Assembly (NCBI GenBank): GCA_964413025.1
Contig: CAYPRG010000002.1
Location: 107 to 64,106 of the forward strand
Reading direction: 5' to 3'
DNA: 64,000 nt
Source: an uncultured Planctomycetales bacterium
GTDB lineage: Bacteria > Omnitrophota > Gorgyraeia > Gygaellales > Profunditerraquicolaceae
Shown: positions 47,027 to 56,336 of the stretch, in pieces
Position numbering within the stretch: position 1 is the stretch's first letter
How the letters are laid out: each line of letters opens with the position of its first letter
Notes under the pieces: model-generated
Seen by the model: the letters and a program-made list of their open reading frames with translations, nothing else
Databases searched by the model: none
Told to the model about the DNA's origin: nothing
Program-made: the position numbers and the translations under genes

Positions 47027-47896
47027 ATGAAAGGTATAATTTTAGCAGGAGGTAAAGCCACCAGGCTTTATCCTATTACAAAGGTCACCTGTAAACAGCT
47101 GCTTCCTGTTTATGACAAGCCGATGATATATTATCCCTTATCGGTGTTGATGCTGGCGGGGATACGAGAGATATTGATTATTTCTACTCCAGAGGCGCTG
47201 CCTAAATTCAAGAGCCTGTTAGGAAACGGTTTCGGCCTGGGGATTAATATCACATATCTTGAGCAAGCAGAACCAAAAGGTATCGCTGAGTCGTTTATTG
47301 TTGGAGAGAAATTTATCGGCAAAGATAACGTTTGTTTGATATTAGGGGATAATATTTTTTATGGCGATGGTTTATCAGGCCTGTTAAAGGAAGTGGTAGA
47401 GCTGGATGAAGGAGGGGTAATCTTCGGTTATTATGTAAGAGATCCTCAGCGATACGGGGTCATTGAATTTGATAAAAATTCCCGGGTAACTTCGATTAAA
47501 GAGAAGCCCAAAAAAACAACATCAAATTACGCGGTTACCGGGCTATATTTTTACGATAATAATGTTGTTAAAATCGCTAAATCTTTAAAACCTTCCTTAA
47601 GGGGAGAGTTGGAAGTTACCGATATAAATAACGAATACTTAAAACAAGGCAAGCTTGTTGTAAAACTACTGGGCAGAGGATATGCCTGGCTGGATACGGG
47701 GACATACGATTCTTTAGTCGATGCTTCGATATTTATCAAGACTATCGAAGAAAGGCAGGGGTTAAAGATAGGCTGTATCGAGGAAATAGCTTATAAGAAG
47801 GGTTATATCACCAGCAGGCAATTGGAAAAACTGGCAAAAGAGATAAATACCAGTTACGGCGAATATTTGCATAAAATTCTAAAAAATGAAAGATAA
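47027..47896 (+). CDS. rfbA: Glucose-1-phosphate thymidylyltransferase
   Basis: MKGIILAGGKATRLYPIT, KQLLPVYDKPMIYYPLS, LGDNIFYG, RYGVIEFD and AWLDTGT motifs. ATG 47027 is chosen with a GGGGGAG RBS. Confidence 0.92.
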   Translation: MKGIILAGGKATRLYPITKVTCKQLLPVYDKPMIYYPLSVLMLAGIREILIISTPEALPKFKSLLGNGFGLGINITYLEQAEPKGIAESFIVGEKFIGKDNVCLILGDNIFYGDGLSGLLKEVVELDEGGVIFGYYVRDPQRYGVIEFDKNSRVTSIKEKPKKTTSNYAVTGLYFYDNNVVKIAKSLKPSLRGELEVTDINNEYLKQGKLVVKLLGRGYAWLDTGTYDSLVDASIFIKTIEERQGLKIGCIEEIAYKKGYITSRQLEKLAKEINTSYGEYLHKILKNER

Positions 47897-48704
47897 AATC
47901 CTTATTTTTGGCGAAGGTTTTATAGGCAGCAGGCTGCAGGAGGAATTCGGATGCAGGCTTTCAGAAAGAAAGATATATTCTTTTAAGGATGCTGAAGAAG
48001 AAATCAATAAATTTTCACCAGAAATCATTATTAACTCTGCCGGGTATATAGGAAGAAACGTAGACGACTGCGAATTGGATAAAGATAAGACGCTCATGTC
48101 TAATACCTTTGTCCCGATAATTCTAAGCGAAGTGGCATTGCGGAAAAACATCAGGTTGGTTCATATAAGCTCCGGCTGCATATATCATTTTGATTATTCA
48201 AAAGATAAGCCTATCACAGAGGATAAAGCTCCGGATTTCTTCGAGCTTTTCTATAGCCGTTCAAAGATATATTCCGAGCAGGCATTAAATTTATTATCGG
48301 AAAAATACCCAATTTTGATAATAAGGATTCGTGTTCCTTTAGACAACCGGCCGCATCCCAGGAATATTCTTACTAAACTCGTTGGATACAAAAAGGTTAT
48401 TGATATCCCCAACTCGGTGACCTATATTCCTGAATTTGTTGCAGCCTTGCGTCACCTGATTGAGATTAAGGCAAAGGGGATCTTTAATATCGTAAATAAA
48501 GGGGCTTTAAGGTATTCTGAGCTGATGGATGTTTACAAAAAATACGCCCCTGGTTTTGAATATCAAACTATAGACAGTAAAACATTGGGCCTGGTAAGGA
48601 CAAACCTGATTCTATCGGTAGATAAGTTAGGGCGGTCAGGATTTAAGATGAGAAGTATAAACGAGGTGCTGGAAGAATGCGTAAAAAATTATCTAAAATC
48701 CTAG
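47886..48704 (+). CDS. Short SDR-type nucleotide-sugar reductase, RfbD-like (dTDP-4-keto-6-deoxyhexose reductase candidate)
   Basis: ILIFGEGFIGSRL Rossmann motif and YSRSKIYSE (YxxxK). About 270 aa, placed between rfbA and rfbB. Confidence 0.55.
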   Translation: MKDKILIFGEGFIGSRLQEEFGCRLSERKIYSFKDAEEEINKFSPEIIINSAGYIGRNVDDCELDKDKTLMSNTFVPIILSEVALRKNIRLVHISSGCIYHFDYSKDKPITEDKAPDFFELFYSRSKIYSEQALNLLSEKYPILIIRIRVPLDNRPHPRNILTKLVGYKKVIDIPNSVTYIPEFVAALRHLIEIKAKGIFNIVNKGALRYSELMDVYKKYAPGFEYQTIDSKTLGLVRTNLILSVDKLGRSGFKMRSINEVLEECVKNYLKS

Positions 48705-49699
48705 TAACCGGCGGCGCGGGTTTTATCGGCAGTGAGTTTGTAAGGCAGCTAGCAAACAGGGACTGTCCCCGAAGGGGGCTCCGAAGGGGACTGTCCCTGC
48801 CATATGAAGTTATAGTCCTGGATAAGCTTACCTATGCCGGAGACCTGAGCAGGCTTGAGGCTGTAAAAGGAAAATTCAGGTTTTATAAAGCAGATATCTG
48901 CAATAAAAGGCAACTCGATGAGATTTTTGAGAGAGAGAAGCCGAAGGTCATTGTCAATTTTGCCGCTGAAACTCATGTAGACAGGAGCATTAAAGACTCC
49001 GGCGTATTTTTGGAAACTAATATAAAGGGGGTCCAGGTATTGTTGGAGATTTGCAGAAAGAACAAGATTGATAAATTTATCCATATCTCGACAGATGAGG
49101 TTTACGGGGAGATAAGAAAAGGAAAGTTTACCGAAAACTCTAATCTTCAGCCGAATAGTCCCTATGCCGCATCTAAGGCAGCAGGGGATTTGCTCATTAA
49201 AGCATACATCAGGACTTATGGCTTTCCGGCAATTATAATAAGGCCGTCTAATAACTACGGCCCTTGGCAATATCCGGAGAAATTGATACCTTTGTCTATA
49301 ATTAAATTAATGCATAACAAAAGGACTCCGGTTTATGGAAAAGGCCAAAACATCAGAGAATGGCTGCATGTTTCAGATTGCGCGCGGGCGATACTTTTGG
49401 TAATGGAGAAAGGCTCACTCGGTGAAACCTACAATATCGGCAGCAGCGAAGAAAAAAGAAACATAGAGGTGGTAAAGCGGATTATTAAAAATTTGGGGAA
49501 ATCTGAAAAATTAATTGAATATGTAAATGATAGGCCAGGGCATGATTGGAGATATTCATTAGAGGTCAAAAAAATAAAAACCGAACTGGGCTGGCGGCCA
49601 AAGATAAATTTCCGGGAAGGATTAATCGATACCGTTAAGTGGTATATGGATAACAGCGATTGGCTAAACAAGTTTTTCCCAAAAATTATGCCGAGGTAA
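48677..49699 (+). CDS. rfbB: dTDP-glucose 4,6-dehydratase
   Basis: [39 protein letters not shown] and RPSNNYGPWQYPEKLIP motifs. Carries an extra segment of about 13 codons after the first helix. Confidence 0.9.
   Translation: MRKKLSKILVTGGAGFIGSEFVRQLANRDCPRRGLRRGLSLPYEVIVLDKLTYAGDLSRLEAVKGKFRFYKADICNKRQLDEIFEREKPKVIVNFAAETHVDRSIKDSGVFLETNIKGVQVLLEICRKNKIDKFIHISTDEVYGEIRKGKFTENSNLQPNSPYAASKAAGDLLIKAYIRTYGFPAIIIRPSNNYGPWQYPEKLIPLSIIKLMHNKRTPVYGKGQNIREWLHVSDCARAILLVMEKGSLGETYNIGSSEEKRNIEVVKRIIKNLGKSEKLIEYVNDRPGHDWRYSLEVKKIKTELGWRPKINFREGLIDTVKWYMDNSDWLNKFFPKIMPR
48759..48797. repeat. 39-nt GC-rich imperfect palindrome embedded in frame in rfbB
   Basis: The sequence is GGGACTGTCCCC-GAAGGGGGCTCCGAA-GGGGACTGTCCC. 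The arms pair at 11 of 12 positions with one T:T mismatch. GGGACTGTCCC and CCGAAGGGG each occur twice. About 72% G+C by my count, in an AT-rich gene. Confidence 0.6.
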
Positions 49700-49703
49700 A
49701 GAA

Positions 49704-50732
49704 ATGACAAAAAAAATTAATATCGGGATTATAGGTTGTGGTTATTGGGGCCCTAACTTTGTGCGGAATTTTAACCGGATAAAGGGAGTTTCCGTCAAGT
49801 ACGTATGCGATTTAAGCCCTGAAAGATTATCCCATATAAAGAAACTCTATCCTGATATCATCGCTACAAAAGATTATTTAAGCGTGTTGAAGGATAAAGA
49901 TATAACTGGTGTTATTGTTGCTACGCCTGCAAGCAGGCATTACAAGATAGCCAGGGAAGCATTGCTATGCGGGAAAAACATACTGGTTGAGAAACCCATT
50001 GCCATGGACTTAAATGAGGCCCGTAAGTTGATTGAACTGGCTGCCGATAAAAAAAGAATCCTTATGGTGGGGCATACTTTTAAATTTAATCCCTCGGTTA
50101 TAAAACTAAGGGGATTGATAAATAGTGGTTCACTGGGGCAGGTTTATTATATTTATTCCCGTCGGACAAACCTGGGGCCTTTAAGAAAGGACGCTAACGC
50201 AATATGGGATCTGGCTCCGCACGATATATCTATTATGAACTTTATTCTTGGTAAGGATCCGTTATCTGTAAGCGCCCAAGGGGCAAAGTATTTGCCTCAT
50301 GACCTGGAAGATGTCGCTTTTATTTCTCTTAATTATCCAAACCGGATACTCGTGCATATACATGTCAGCTGGCTTGACCCTAAAAAAACCAGGGAGATTG
50401 TAGTGGTGGGGAGCAAGAAGATGGCGGTATTTGATGATTTGAATGCGGAAACGCCGATTAGCGTTTATGATAAAAGCGTGATGAAAAAGAGATTCAAGCA
50501 GGATTATGATTCTTTTGAAGAATTTCAGATGATTATTAAAAATGGCAATGTCCAAACTCCTCAAGTTAAAAAGCAAGAGCCTTTAGGCGCCGAATGCAGC
50601 CATTTTATAGAGTGTATTAGAAAGAATAAGGCGCCTTTGACAGACGGCAAGGATGGGCTGGAAGTTTTAAAAGTATTAGTAGGTATCCATCGCTCTCTGG
50701 CTAATAATGGGAAAAATTGTTTTTTAGTATAA
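49704..50732 (+). CDS. Gfo/Idh/MocA-family oxidoreductase (nucleotide-sugar 3-dehydrogenase-like, WbpB-type candidate)
   Basis: INIGIIGCGYWGPN Rossmann motif, VEKPIA (EKP motif), and a C-terminal alpha/beta oligomerisation domain. Confidence 0.78.
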   Translation: MTKKINIGIIGCGYWGPNFVRNFNRIKGVSVKYVCDLSPERLSHIKKLYPDIIATKDYLSVLKDKDITGVIVATPASRHYKIAREALLCGKNILVEKPIAMDLNEARKLIELAADKKRILMVGHTFKFNPSVIKLRGLINSGSLGQVYYIYSRRTNLGPLRKDANAIWDLAPHDISIMNFILGKDPLSVSAQGAKYLPHDLEDVAFISLNYPNRILVHIHVSWLDPKKTREIVVVGSKKMAVFDDLNAETPISVYDKSVMKKRFKQDYDSFEEFQMIIKNGNVQTPQVKKQEPLGAECSHFIECIRKNKAPLTDGKDGLEVLKVLVGIHRSLANNGKNCFLV

Positions 50733-50747
50733 AACCAAGGAGTTAAT

Positions 50748-51203
50748 ATGATTCGTAATTGTAAAATCGGCAAAAACGTAAAGATCCCTTTTCCTGATTT
50801 GGTCAATCTTTATGAGTGCAAGATAGGAGATGGTTCATTTGTCGGCCCTTTTGTGGAAATACAAAAAGGCGTAGTTATCGGAAAAGGCTGCAGGATTCAG
50901 TCTCACGCATTTATCTGCGAAGGAGTGGGCATCGCCGACGATTGTTTCATAGGTCACGGAGTTATGTTTGTGAACGATCTTTATCCTATTTCTAATGACC
51001 CTGGCTGGAAACTAAAGAAAACTAAGATCGAGAAGGGGGTTTCAATAGGCAATAACGCTACTATCTTGCCGGTAGTGATTAAAAAGGGAAGCCTGATTGG
51101 TTCCGGCTCGGTGGTTACTAAGGATGTCTTGGCTGGAAGTATAATGGCGGGCAATCCTGCCAAGGTCATACGAAAATATAATGAACGAAGAAGAAAAGCT
51201 TAA
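50748..51203 (+). CDS. Left-handed beta-helix (hexapeptide repeat) sugar acetyltransferase
   Basis: Repeated [LIV]-G-x4 hexads (IGDGSFVGPFVEIQKGVVIGKGCRIQSHAFICEGVGIADDCFIGHGV) and a C-terminal AGNPAKVIR. Confidence 0.75.
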   Translation: MIRNCKIGKNVKIPFPDLVNLYECKIGDGSFVGPFVEIQKGVVIGKGCRIQSHAFICEGVGIADDCFIGHGVMFVNDLYPISNDPGWKLKKTKIEKGVSIGNNATILPVVIKKGSLIGSGSVVTKDVLAGSIMAGNPAKVIRKYNERRRKA

Positions 51204-52179
51204 AAAATTCAGTTTTGTTATTCCGGTTTACAACGCGGGCGAACATTTAGCCTGCTGCCTTAGGAGTATCAGGTATCAGGATTACCAGCAGGGGGAAGTA
51301 GAGATCATAGTGATTGATGGAGGCTCTTCCGATGATACCCTGGGCATTTCCAGGAGTTTCGCCTGTAAAATTCTGGATAATCCAAGGAAACTCGCGGAAT
51401 ATGGAGTTCAGGTTGGCGTTAAAGAAGCTCATGGCGAATTCCTGGTAATCTTTGCCGCTGACAATGAGCTGTTCGGTAAAGACTGGCTGAAAAAAGTAGC
51501 GGATATATTTAAGTCTGAACCCGGAGTATCTGCTGTTTGGGGAAGATTGGCTTCCGGCGAAAAGGATTCGTCTCTGAATAAGTATTTTGAATTAATACAA
51601 AGTGACCCTTTAAACTGGTTTTTAAATAAGAACCTTAATGTATATAGAAAAGAAGTTAAATCATGCGAAAAGGATTATTCTGTTTTCACTGTCAATCCGG
51701 ATAAGCCTTTAGTCTGGGGGGCAAACGGTCTTGTTTACAGGGCTGAAAAGATTAAAGAAATTTGGAGTCAGAAAGGGTACCTGGGAGATAATGACGCTTT
51801 TCAGTTTATGATTGAAAAAGGGGGAAATAAAGTAGCATATTTTGATTCTGCTTTTGTATACCATCATCATGTGGCCAGGCTAGAGGATTGGATAAAGAAA
51901 TGGAGAAGAAACCTTAATCAGCACTTGATAGATAAGCAAGAAACCCGGAACATGAATTGGGTATTCACCGGTAATTTCAATAGAAAATTATTTTTTTGGT
52001 CGATATACAGCGCGGTTCCGATACCGGCTTTAATCCATAGTTTGTATCTTTGCCTGAAAAGTAAGAACTTATACTGGCTTTATCACTCAGTGGCCAGTTG
52101 CGCGCAGTTTTGGACTTACGCCGGCTTGGTAATAACCACCAGTAAGGGCCGCAATTTCATAAGCAAATTGTTTCGATAA
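51181..52179 (+). CDS. GT2 glycosyltransferase
   Basis: FSFVIPVYNAGEHL and VIDGGSSDDT motifs and a FAADNE acidic motif. Confidence 0.7.
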   Translation: MNEEEKLKKFSFVIPVYNAGEHLACCLRSIRYQDYQQGEVEIIVIDGGSSDDTLGISRSFACKILDNPRKLAEYGVQVGVKEAHGEFLVIFAADNELFGKDWLKKVADIFKSEPGVSAVWGRLASGEKDSSLNKYFELIQSDPLNWFLNKNLNVYRKEVKSCEKDYSVFTVNPDKPLVWGANGLVYRAEKIKEIWSQKGYLGDNDAFQFMIEKGGNKVAYFDSAFVYHHHVARLEDWIKKWRRNLNQHLIDKQETRNMNWVFTGNFNRKLFFWSIYSAVPIPALIHSLYLCLKSKNLYWLYHSVASCAQFWTYAGLVITTSKGRNFISKLFR

Positions 52180-52194
52180 AAGAGGAAACCATAT

Positions 52195-53358
52195 TTGAAG
52201 ATAGGCATCCTGATTGATGAGCTTGCGCCGGGCAGCGCTCCTAAGGTCGTAGGCCAAACATATAAAGGCCTGGAGAAATTGGGCCACCGGTGCGAAGCCT
52301 TGGTTTTGATTGACGCTAAGAAGGGAAATGAGGTTTCCAGCGTTTACAGCTTTCATCTTTCAGGTGTAAAAATAAAATATATTTTTGGCAGGAGGCCGGT
52401 ATGGGATTTTAAACTGCCGGGGTTTTCTTTTTTCTCCCTGCACCATTTTTTAAGTTTTTTTGCCGCGCCGTTTGCGGTTAAACCTAAAGAATACGATTGT
52501 ATCATTGCTAACGGCCAATTTGCCGCCTTCGCAGCCTGGGGGCTTAAGTTATTCAGGGGGATACCGTACATTTTCTATGTGCATTGCGACCCCTGCACTT
52601 ATACCTTACGAAAGACTTATTCAAGGACCTGGTTGAGGTTTTTATACCCTGTCATATATGTATTCGCCTGGCTCTTAGATGCCTCAGCTTGTCTGGGAGC
52701 GAAGGCTTTGATAACCAGTGGTAAATTACACAAGGAGAGGTTCTGCCGTTTATCAAAGAACCCCTGTGAAAATCTTGTCCTGGGGTGTTTTAGCAGTGAA
52801 GTATTTACGCCTTATAATCAGCGGGAAAAAGCAATTTTAACCTATGACCGCTGGGATATAGGGAATAAACCGGATATTTTCCTTGATTTACTAGAGCATA
52901 CCGATGCGAGTGTTAAATTGAAAATAGGAGGTTTTTGGTATTTGGAATCAATAAAGGAAAACTTCCTTAAAGAAATAAAGAAGAAAGGGTTAGAGGGCCG
53001 GGTAGAGCTTCTTGGGGCTTTAGATGAAAAAATGATTTTGGATTTGTGCTCTAAGGTCATGCTGCACGTCCATCCTAATCAGGAAGCATTCGGCATGCAG
53101 ACTTTGGAAGCGGCAGCATGCGGGGCGTGCATAATAGTTCCTGCCGGTTCCGGGGTGGCGGATTTATTTGAGCATGGCGTGCATGGATATTTTCCGAAGG
53201 AGAAAGACCTTGCGGAATTAGCCCGCTGCGCGAACCTTGTTTTTTCCGACTTAAATAAGGCGGAGATAATGGGAAGACGGGCCTGGGAAAGGGCTAAAGA
53301 ATATAATTGGCCTAATTATTCACAACATTTAGAAGCGATTTTAAAAAAATATATCTAA
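52195..53358 (+). CDS. GT4 (group 1) glycosyltransferase
   Basis: GT-B layout with a C-terminal EAFGMQTLEAAACGACIIVP (EX7E-type motif). TTG start. Confidence 0.7.
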   Translation: MKIGILIDELAPGSAPKVVGQTYKGLEKLGHRCEALVLIDAKKGNEVSSVYSFHLSGVKIKYIFGRRPVWDFKLPGFSFFSLHHFLSFFAAPFAVKPKEYDCIIANGQFAAFAAWGLKLFRGIPYIFYVHCDPCTYTLRKTYSRTWLRFLYPVIYVFAWLLDASACLGAKALITSGKLHKERFCRLSKNPCENLVLGCFSSEVFTPYNQREKAILTYDRWDIGNKPDIFLDLLEHTDASVKLKIGGFWYLESIKENFLKEIKKKGLEGRVELLGALDEKMILDLCSKVMLHVHPNQEAFGMQTLEAAACGACIIVPAGSGVADLFEHGVHGYFPKEKDLAELARCANLVFSDLNKAEIMGRRAWERAKEYNWPNYSQHLEAILKKYI

Positions 53359-53362
53359 AGCC

Positions 53363-54043
53363 ATGAAAAAGATTAATTTGGGTTGCGGCCCTGTGGGAAA
53401 AGATGATTGGATAAATATTGATTGGGGTATTCTTGCTTTTTTACATGCCAGCCCATTATTTTTAAGGCTTTTGATGGCGCTTAGGCTATTGCCTTCTGAA
53501 TATAGCGTCAGGTGGCCTGGTAATTTAATGTTGCGTGACTGCCGGAGGAAGCTGCCCTTTAAAGATTCTTCGGTGGATTACATTTATACTTCTCATTTTT
53601 TGGAGCATCTAAAAAGATTTGAGGCAGAGAAAGTGCTAAGGGAGTGCCGCAGGGTGTTAAAAAATGAGGGCACATTGAGGATTATTGTTCCCGATTTAGA
53701 GTTAATCCTGAAAAAGTTTAGCGAAAGAGACAGGAAGTTTTTTATTGATTCGTTTCATCGTGATGATAAGAAGGCGGTTGAGAGCCTTGCTTTAGGAGAT
53801 TTGTTATCGGGAGTATTTTATCCTGAAGCGAATAAGCTTCAGCAAACCCGGTTAAAAAAAATAGCCTCTTTTTTTATCAGGCCTCATTTATGGATGTACG
53901 ATAATGATTCTTTAGCTCAATTATTAAAGAAAAGCGGGTTCAAGTCTATTGAAAAAAAGAAATTCCGCGAAGGCAGCGTTCCTGATCTTGAGACTCTGGA
54001 CGTATTTCCTGAGATTAGTATTTATCTAGAGGCAAAAAAATAA
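53363..54043 (+). CDS. Class I SAM-dependent methyltransferase
   Basis: INLGCG motif I, YTSHFLEHL, and LKNEGTLRIIVPD, matching the Methyltransf_11-like pattern. Confidence 0.7.
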   Translation: MKKINLGCGPVGKDDWINIDWGILAFLHASPLFLRLLMALRLLPSEYSVRWPGNLMLRDCRRKLPFKDSSVDYIYTSHFLEHLKRFEAEKVLRECRRVLKNEGTLRIIVPDLELILKKFSERDRKFFIDSFHRDDKKAVESLALGDLLSGVFYPEANKLQQTRLKKIASFFIRPHLWMYDNDSLAQLLKKSGFKSIEKKKFREGSVPDLETLDVFPEISIYLEAKK

Positions 54044-54046
54044 AAT

Positions 54047-55588
54047 ATGAAGAATAAAGTTGTTTTATTCCAGGGTACAGCCAGTTCTTTTGAAAGGGTT
54101 GTCCCTATAGCTCCTTTACCGTTATTGCATATCTCATCGTTTTTGGTTAAGGATGGGTTTGAGGTTAAGGTAATTTCAGACGCCTTATACCAGGATTATA
54201 TGCAGGAGGCTATCCGGGAGTGCAAGGATAGCATTTGTTTAGGGATAACTGCTTTAACCGGAAGCCAGATTTCCAATGGTTTAAAATTAGCCAGCCAAGT
54301 ACGTAAGCTTTATCCGGGCTTGCCGATAATCTGGGGAGGGTGGCATCCTTCAATAATGCCTGAATCAACATTGGAAGATCCCAATGTTGATATGGTTGTT
54401 GTCGGCCAGGGTGAAAGGAAGTTCTATGATTTAGTTAAATGCCTGCAGGAAGGTAATTTTAATAAGATTAATTCTATTCCGGGCGTATTGTACAAAAAGG
54501 ATGGAAAGCCGGTTATTAAAGAAATACCTCCCGTAGAGGATATGAATAATTTTCCGCGGGTTCCTTATGAAATCATAGATGTTAAAAAATGTATCAGTAA
54601 AACTGAATACGGCAACAGGACATTACAGTTTATCTCTAGTTATGGATGTCCTTATAGATGTTCGTTTTGCATAGAGCCCATAGTCAGCAAACGTAAATGG
54701 GTGGGCTTAAGCGCCCAGCGCCTGCTTGATGAGTGGGCTTATCTATACAAAAAATATAGTATTGATTCCCTTGCAATATACGATAGCAATTTTTTTGTGG
54801 ATAAGAAAAGGGTAATAGACATATGCGAAGGTTTGATAAAAAACAATTTAAAAATTAAACTGGGAAATTTAAACGGAAGGATTCCCCAGTTAGTCAAATA
54901 CGAGAAAGAAATTTGGCAGTTAATGGAGCAGGCGGGGGTTTCAATGATTCTTACCGGTTCTGAATCCGGCGAGCAGGAAGTGCTGGATTTAATAAAGAAA
55001 GATGCCGCGGTAGAAGATATATATAAATTTACTCAACTTTGCCACGAACATAAGATCAAAGTGCTTTTTTCCTACATGTCAGGAATCCCCTGGTCAAGCG
55101 ATACTAGTTATAACGAAAAAATGGTAGATAAAGAAATTTCTTCAATCTTGACCCAGATTGATAAGTTACTCAAGATTTCCATTAAAAACAGGTTCATGAT
55201 TTATGCTTATACGCCGCTCCCCGGGAGTGAATTGTATTATCAGGCAGTCAAATACGGTTTTAAAGAGCCGAAAACATTGCAGGACTGGAGCGGGTTATTA
55301 AACACGCCGGATGATATCTTCGAGAGCAAGGGTTTTGAAAAGCAATGGATAACCAGGAAGCAATTGTTTTTAATTACTATGTTAGAGCAGTATATTTTGG
55401 GGATGATGGATTTGGATGCCAAAGAGTGGATCGCGGTAAAAATAGGCAATAAATTTTTACGGGTAATTTTTAAATTTGCGTTTAGGATGGGTTATCAGGT
55501 TGCCCGGTTCAGGTTAAAACATAAAATATTCATATTTCCGGTTGATTTCTGGTTGTTCATTAGGGTAAAGAAATTGTTGGAAGTCTAA
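54047..55588 (+). CDS. B12-binding-domain radical SAM protein
   Basis: N-terminal Rossmann-like domain with IWGGWHPSIMPESTL and the CX3CX2C motif GCPYRCSFC. Confidence 0.8.
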   Translation: MKNKVVLFQGTASSFERVVPIAPLPLLHISSFLVKDGFEVKVISDALYQDYMQEAIRECKDSICLGITALTGSQISNGLKLASQVRKLYPGLPIIWGGWHPSIMPESTLEDPNVDMVVVGQGERKFYDLVKCLQEGNFNKINSIPGVLYKKDGKPVIKEIPPVEDMNNFPRVPYEIIDVKKCISKTEYGNRTLQFISSYGCPYRCSFCIEPIVSKRKWVGLSAQRLLDEWAYLYKKYSIDSLAIYDSNFFVDKKRVIDICEGLIKNNLKIKLGNLNGRIPQLVKYEKEIWQLMEQAGVSMILTGSESGEQEVLDLIKKDAAVEDIYKFTQLCHEHKIKVLFSYMSGIPWSSDTSYNEKMVDKEISSILTQIDKLLKISIKNRFMIYAYTPLPGSELYYQAVKYGFKEPKTLQDWSGLLNTPDDIFESKGFEKQWITRKQLFLITMLEQYILGMMDLDAKEWIAVKIGNKFLRVIFKFAFRMGYQVARFRLKHKIFIFPVDFWLFIRVKKLLEV

Positions 55589-55603
55589 CTAATGGAGGAA
55601 TAA

Positions 55604-56335
55604 ATGGCAGGTTTTAAGGATAGATTTTATTCTATGCAGGATCCGGAGCTGGGATTAGGTAACCTTGACGCCAGGCATGAAACATTACTTTCCACTCTAA
55701 ACGGGGTAATCGGGAAAGATGTCCTTGAAATAGCCTGTGGCAGCGGTGATTTTGCAAAAAAAGTCATTGACCGGTTCAAGCTCGGCAAAATTTACGGAGC
55801 AGATATCTCTGAACAGGCGATCAAGTTAGCCGCAGATAAAGGCGTAGAGGGGGCGTGCCTGAATCTGGACAAAGATAACCTGCCTTACCAGGATGGTTTT
55901 TTTGATACGGTAATCTGCGGAGAAGTGATAGAGCACCTTGTTGACCCTGACCACCTGTTGGAGGAAATTTACCGGGTGTTGAAGGCAGATGGGCATCTTC
56001 TTATTACAACGCCAAACCTTGCTTCCTGGTATAACAGGTTGCTATTATTATTTGGTTATCAGCCTTTTTTCACAAGTATCAGCATCCGTCATACTTACCC
56101 CAAGCCGGTGCCTATTCACTCCTGCGGGCATTTGTGCTCTTTTACGCTCGGGGCTTTAAAATTTTTATTGGAGAAGTACCATTTTAAGGCCTTAAAGTGT
56201 ATTGGGTTGAATATCAATGAATCGGTGGGTTACGGGGGAAAGTTTCGATGGCTGGCTAAATTGGCAAACTTTGTTTTTCGTTCGCCTTCACTTAACTCAG
56301 GAATTTGTATTTTAGCAAAAAAGGTAAACTCCTAA
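55604..56335 (+). CDS. Class I SAM-dependent methyltransferase (MetW-like pattern)
   Basis: VLEIACGSGDF motif I, VICGEVIEHLVDP, and LITTPNLASWYNRLLLLFGYQP, which resembles the MetW-like subfamily. Confidence 0.78.
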   Translation: MAGFKDRFYSMQDPELGLGNLDARHETLLSTLNGVIGKDVLEIACGSGDFAKKVIDRFKLGKIYGADISEQAIKLAADKGVEGACLNLDKDNLPYQDGFFDTVICGEVIEHLVDPDHLLEEIYRVLKADGHLLITTPNLASWYNRLLLLFGYQPFFTSISIRHTYPKPVPIHSCGHLCSFTLGALKFLLEKYHFKALKCIGLNINESVGYGGKFRWLAKLANFVFRSPSLNSGICILAKKVNS

Positions 56336-56336
56336 G

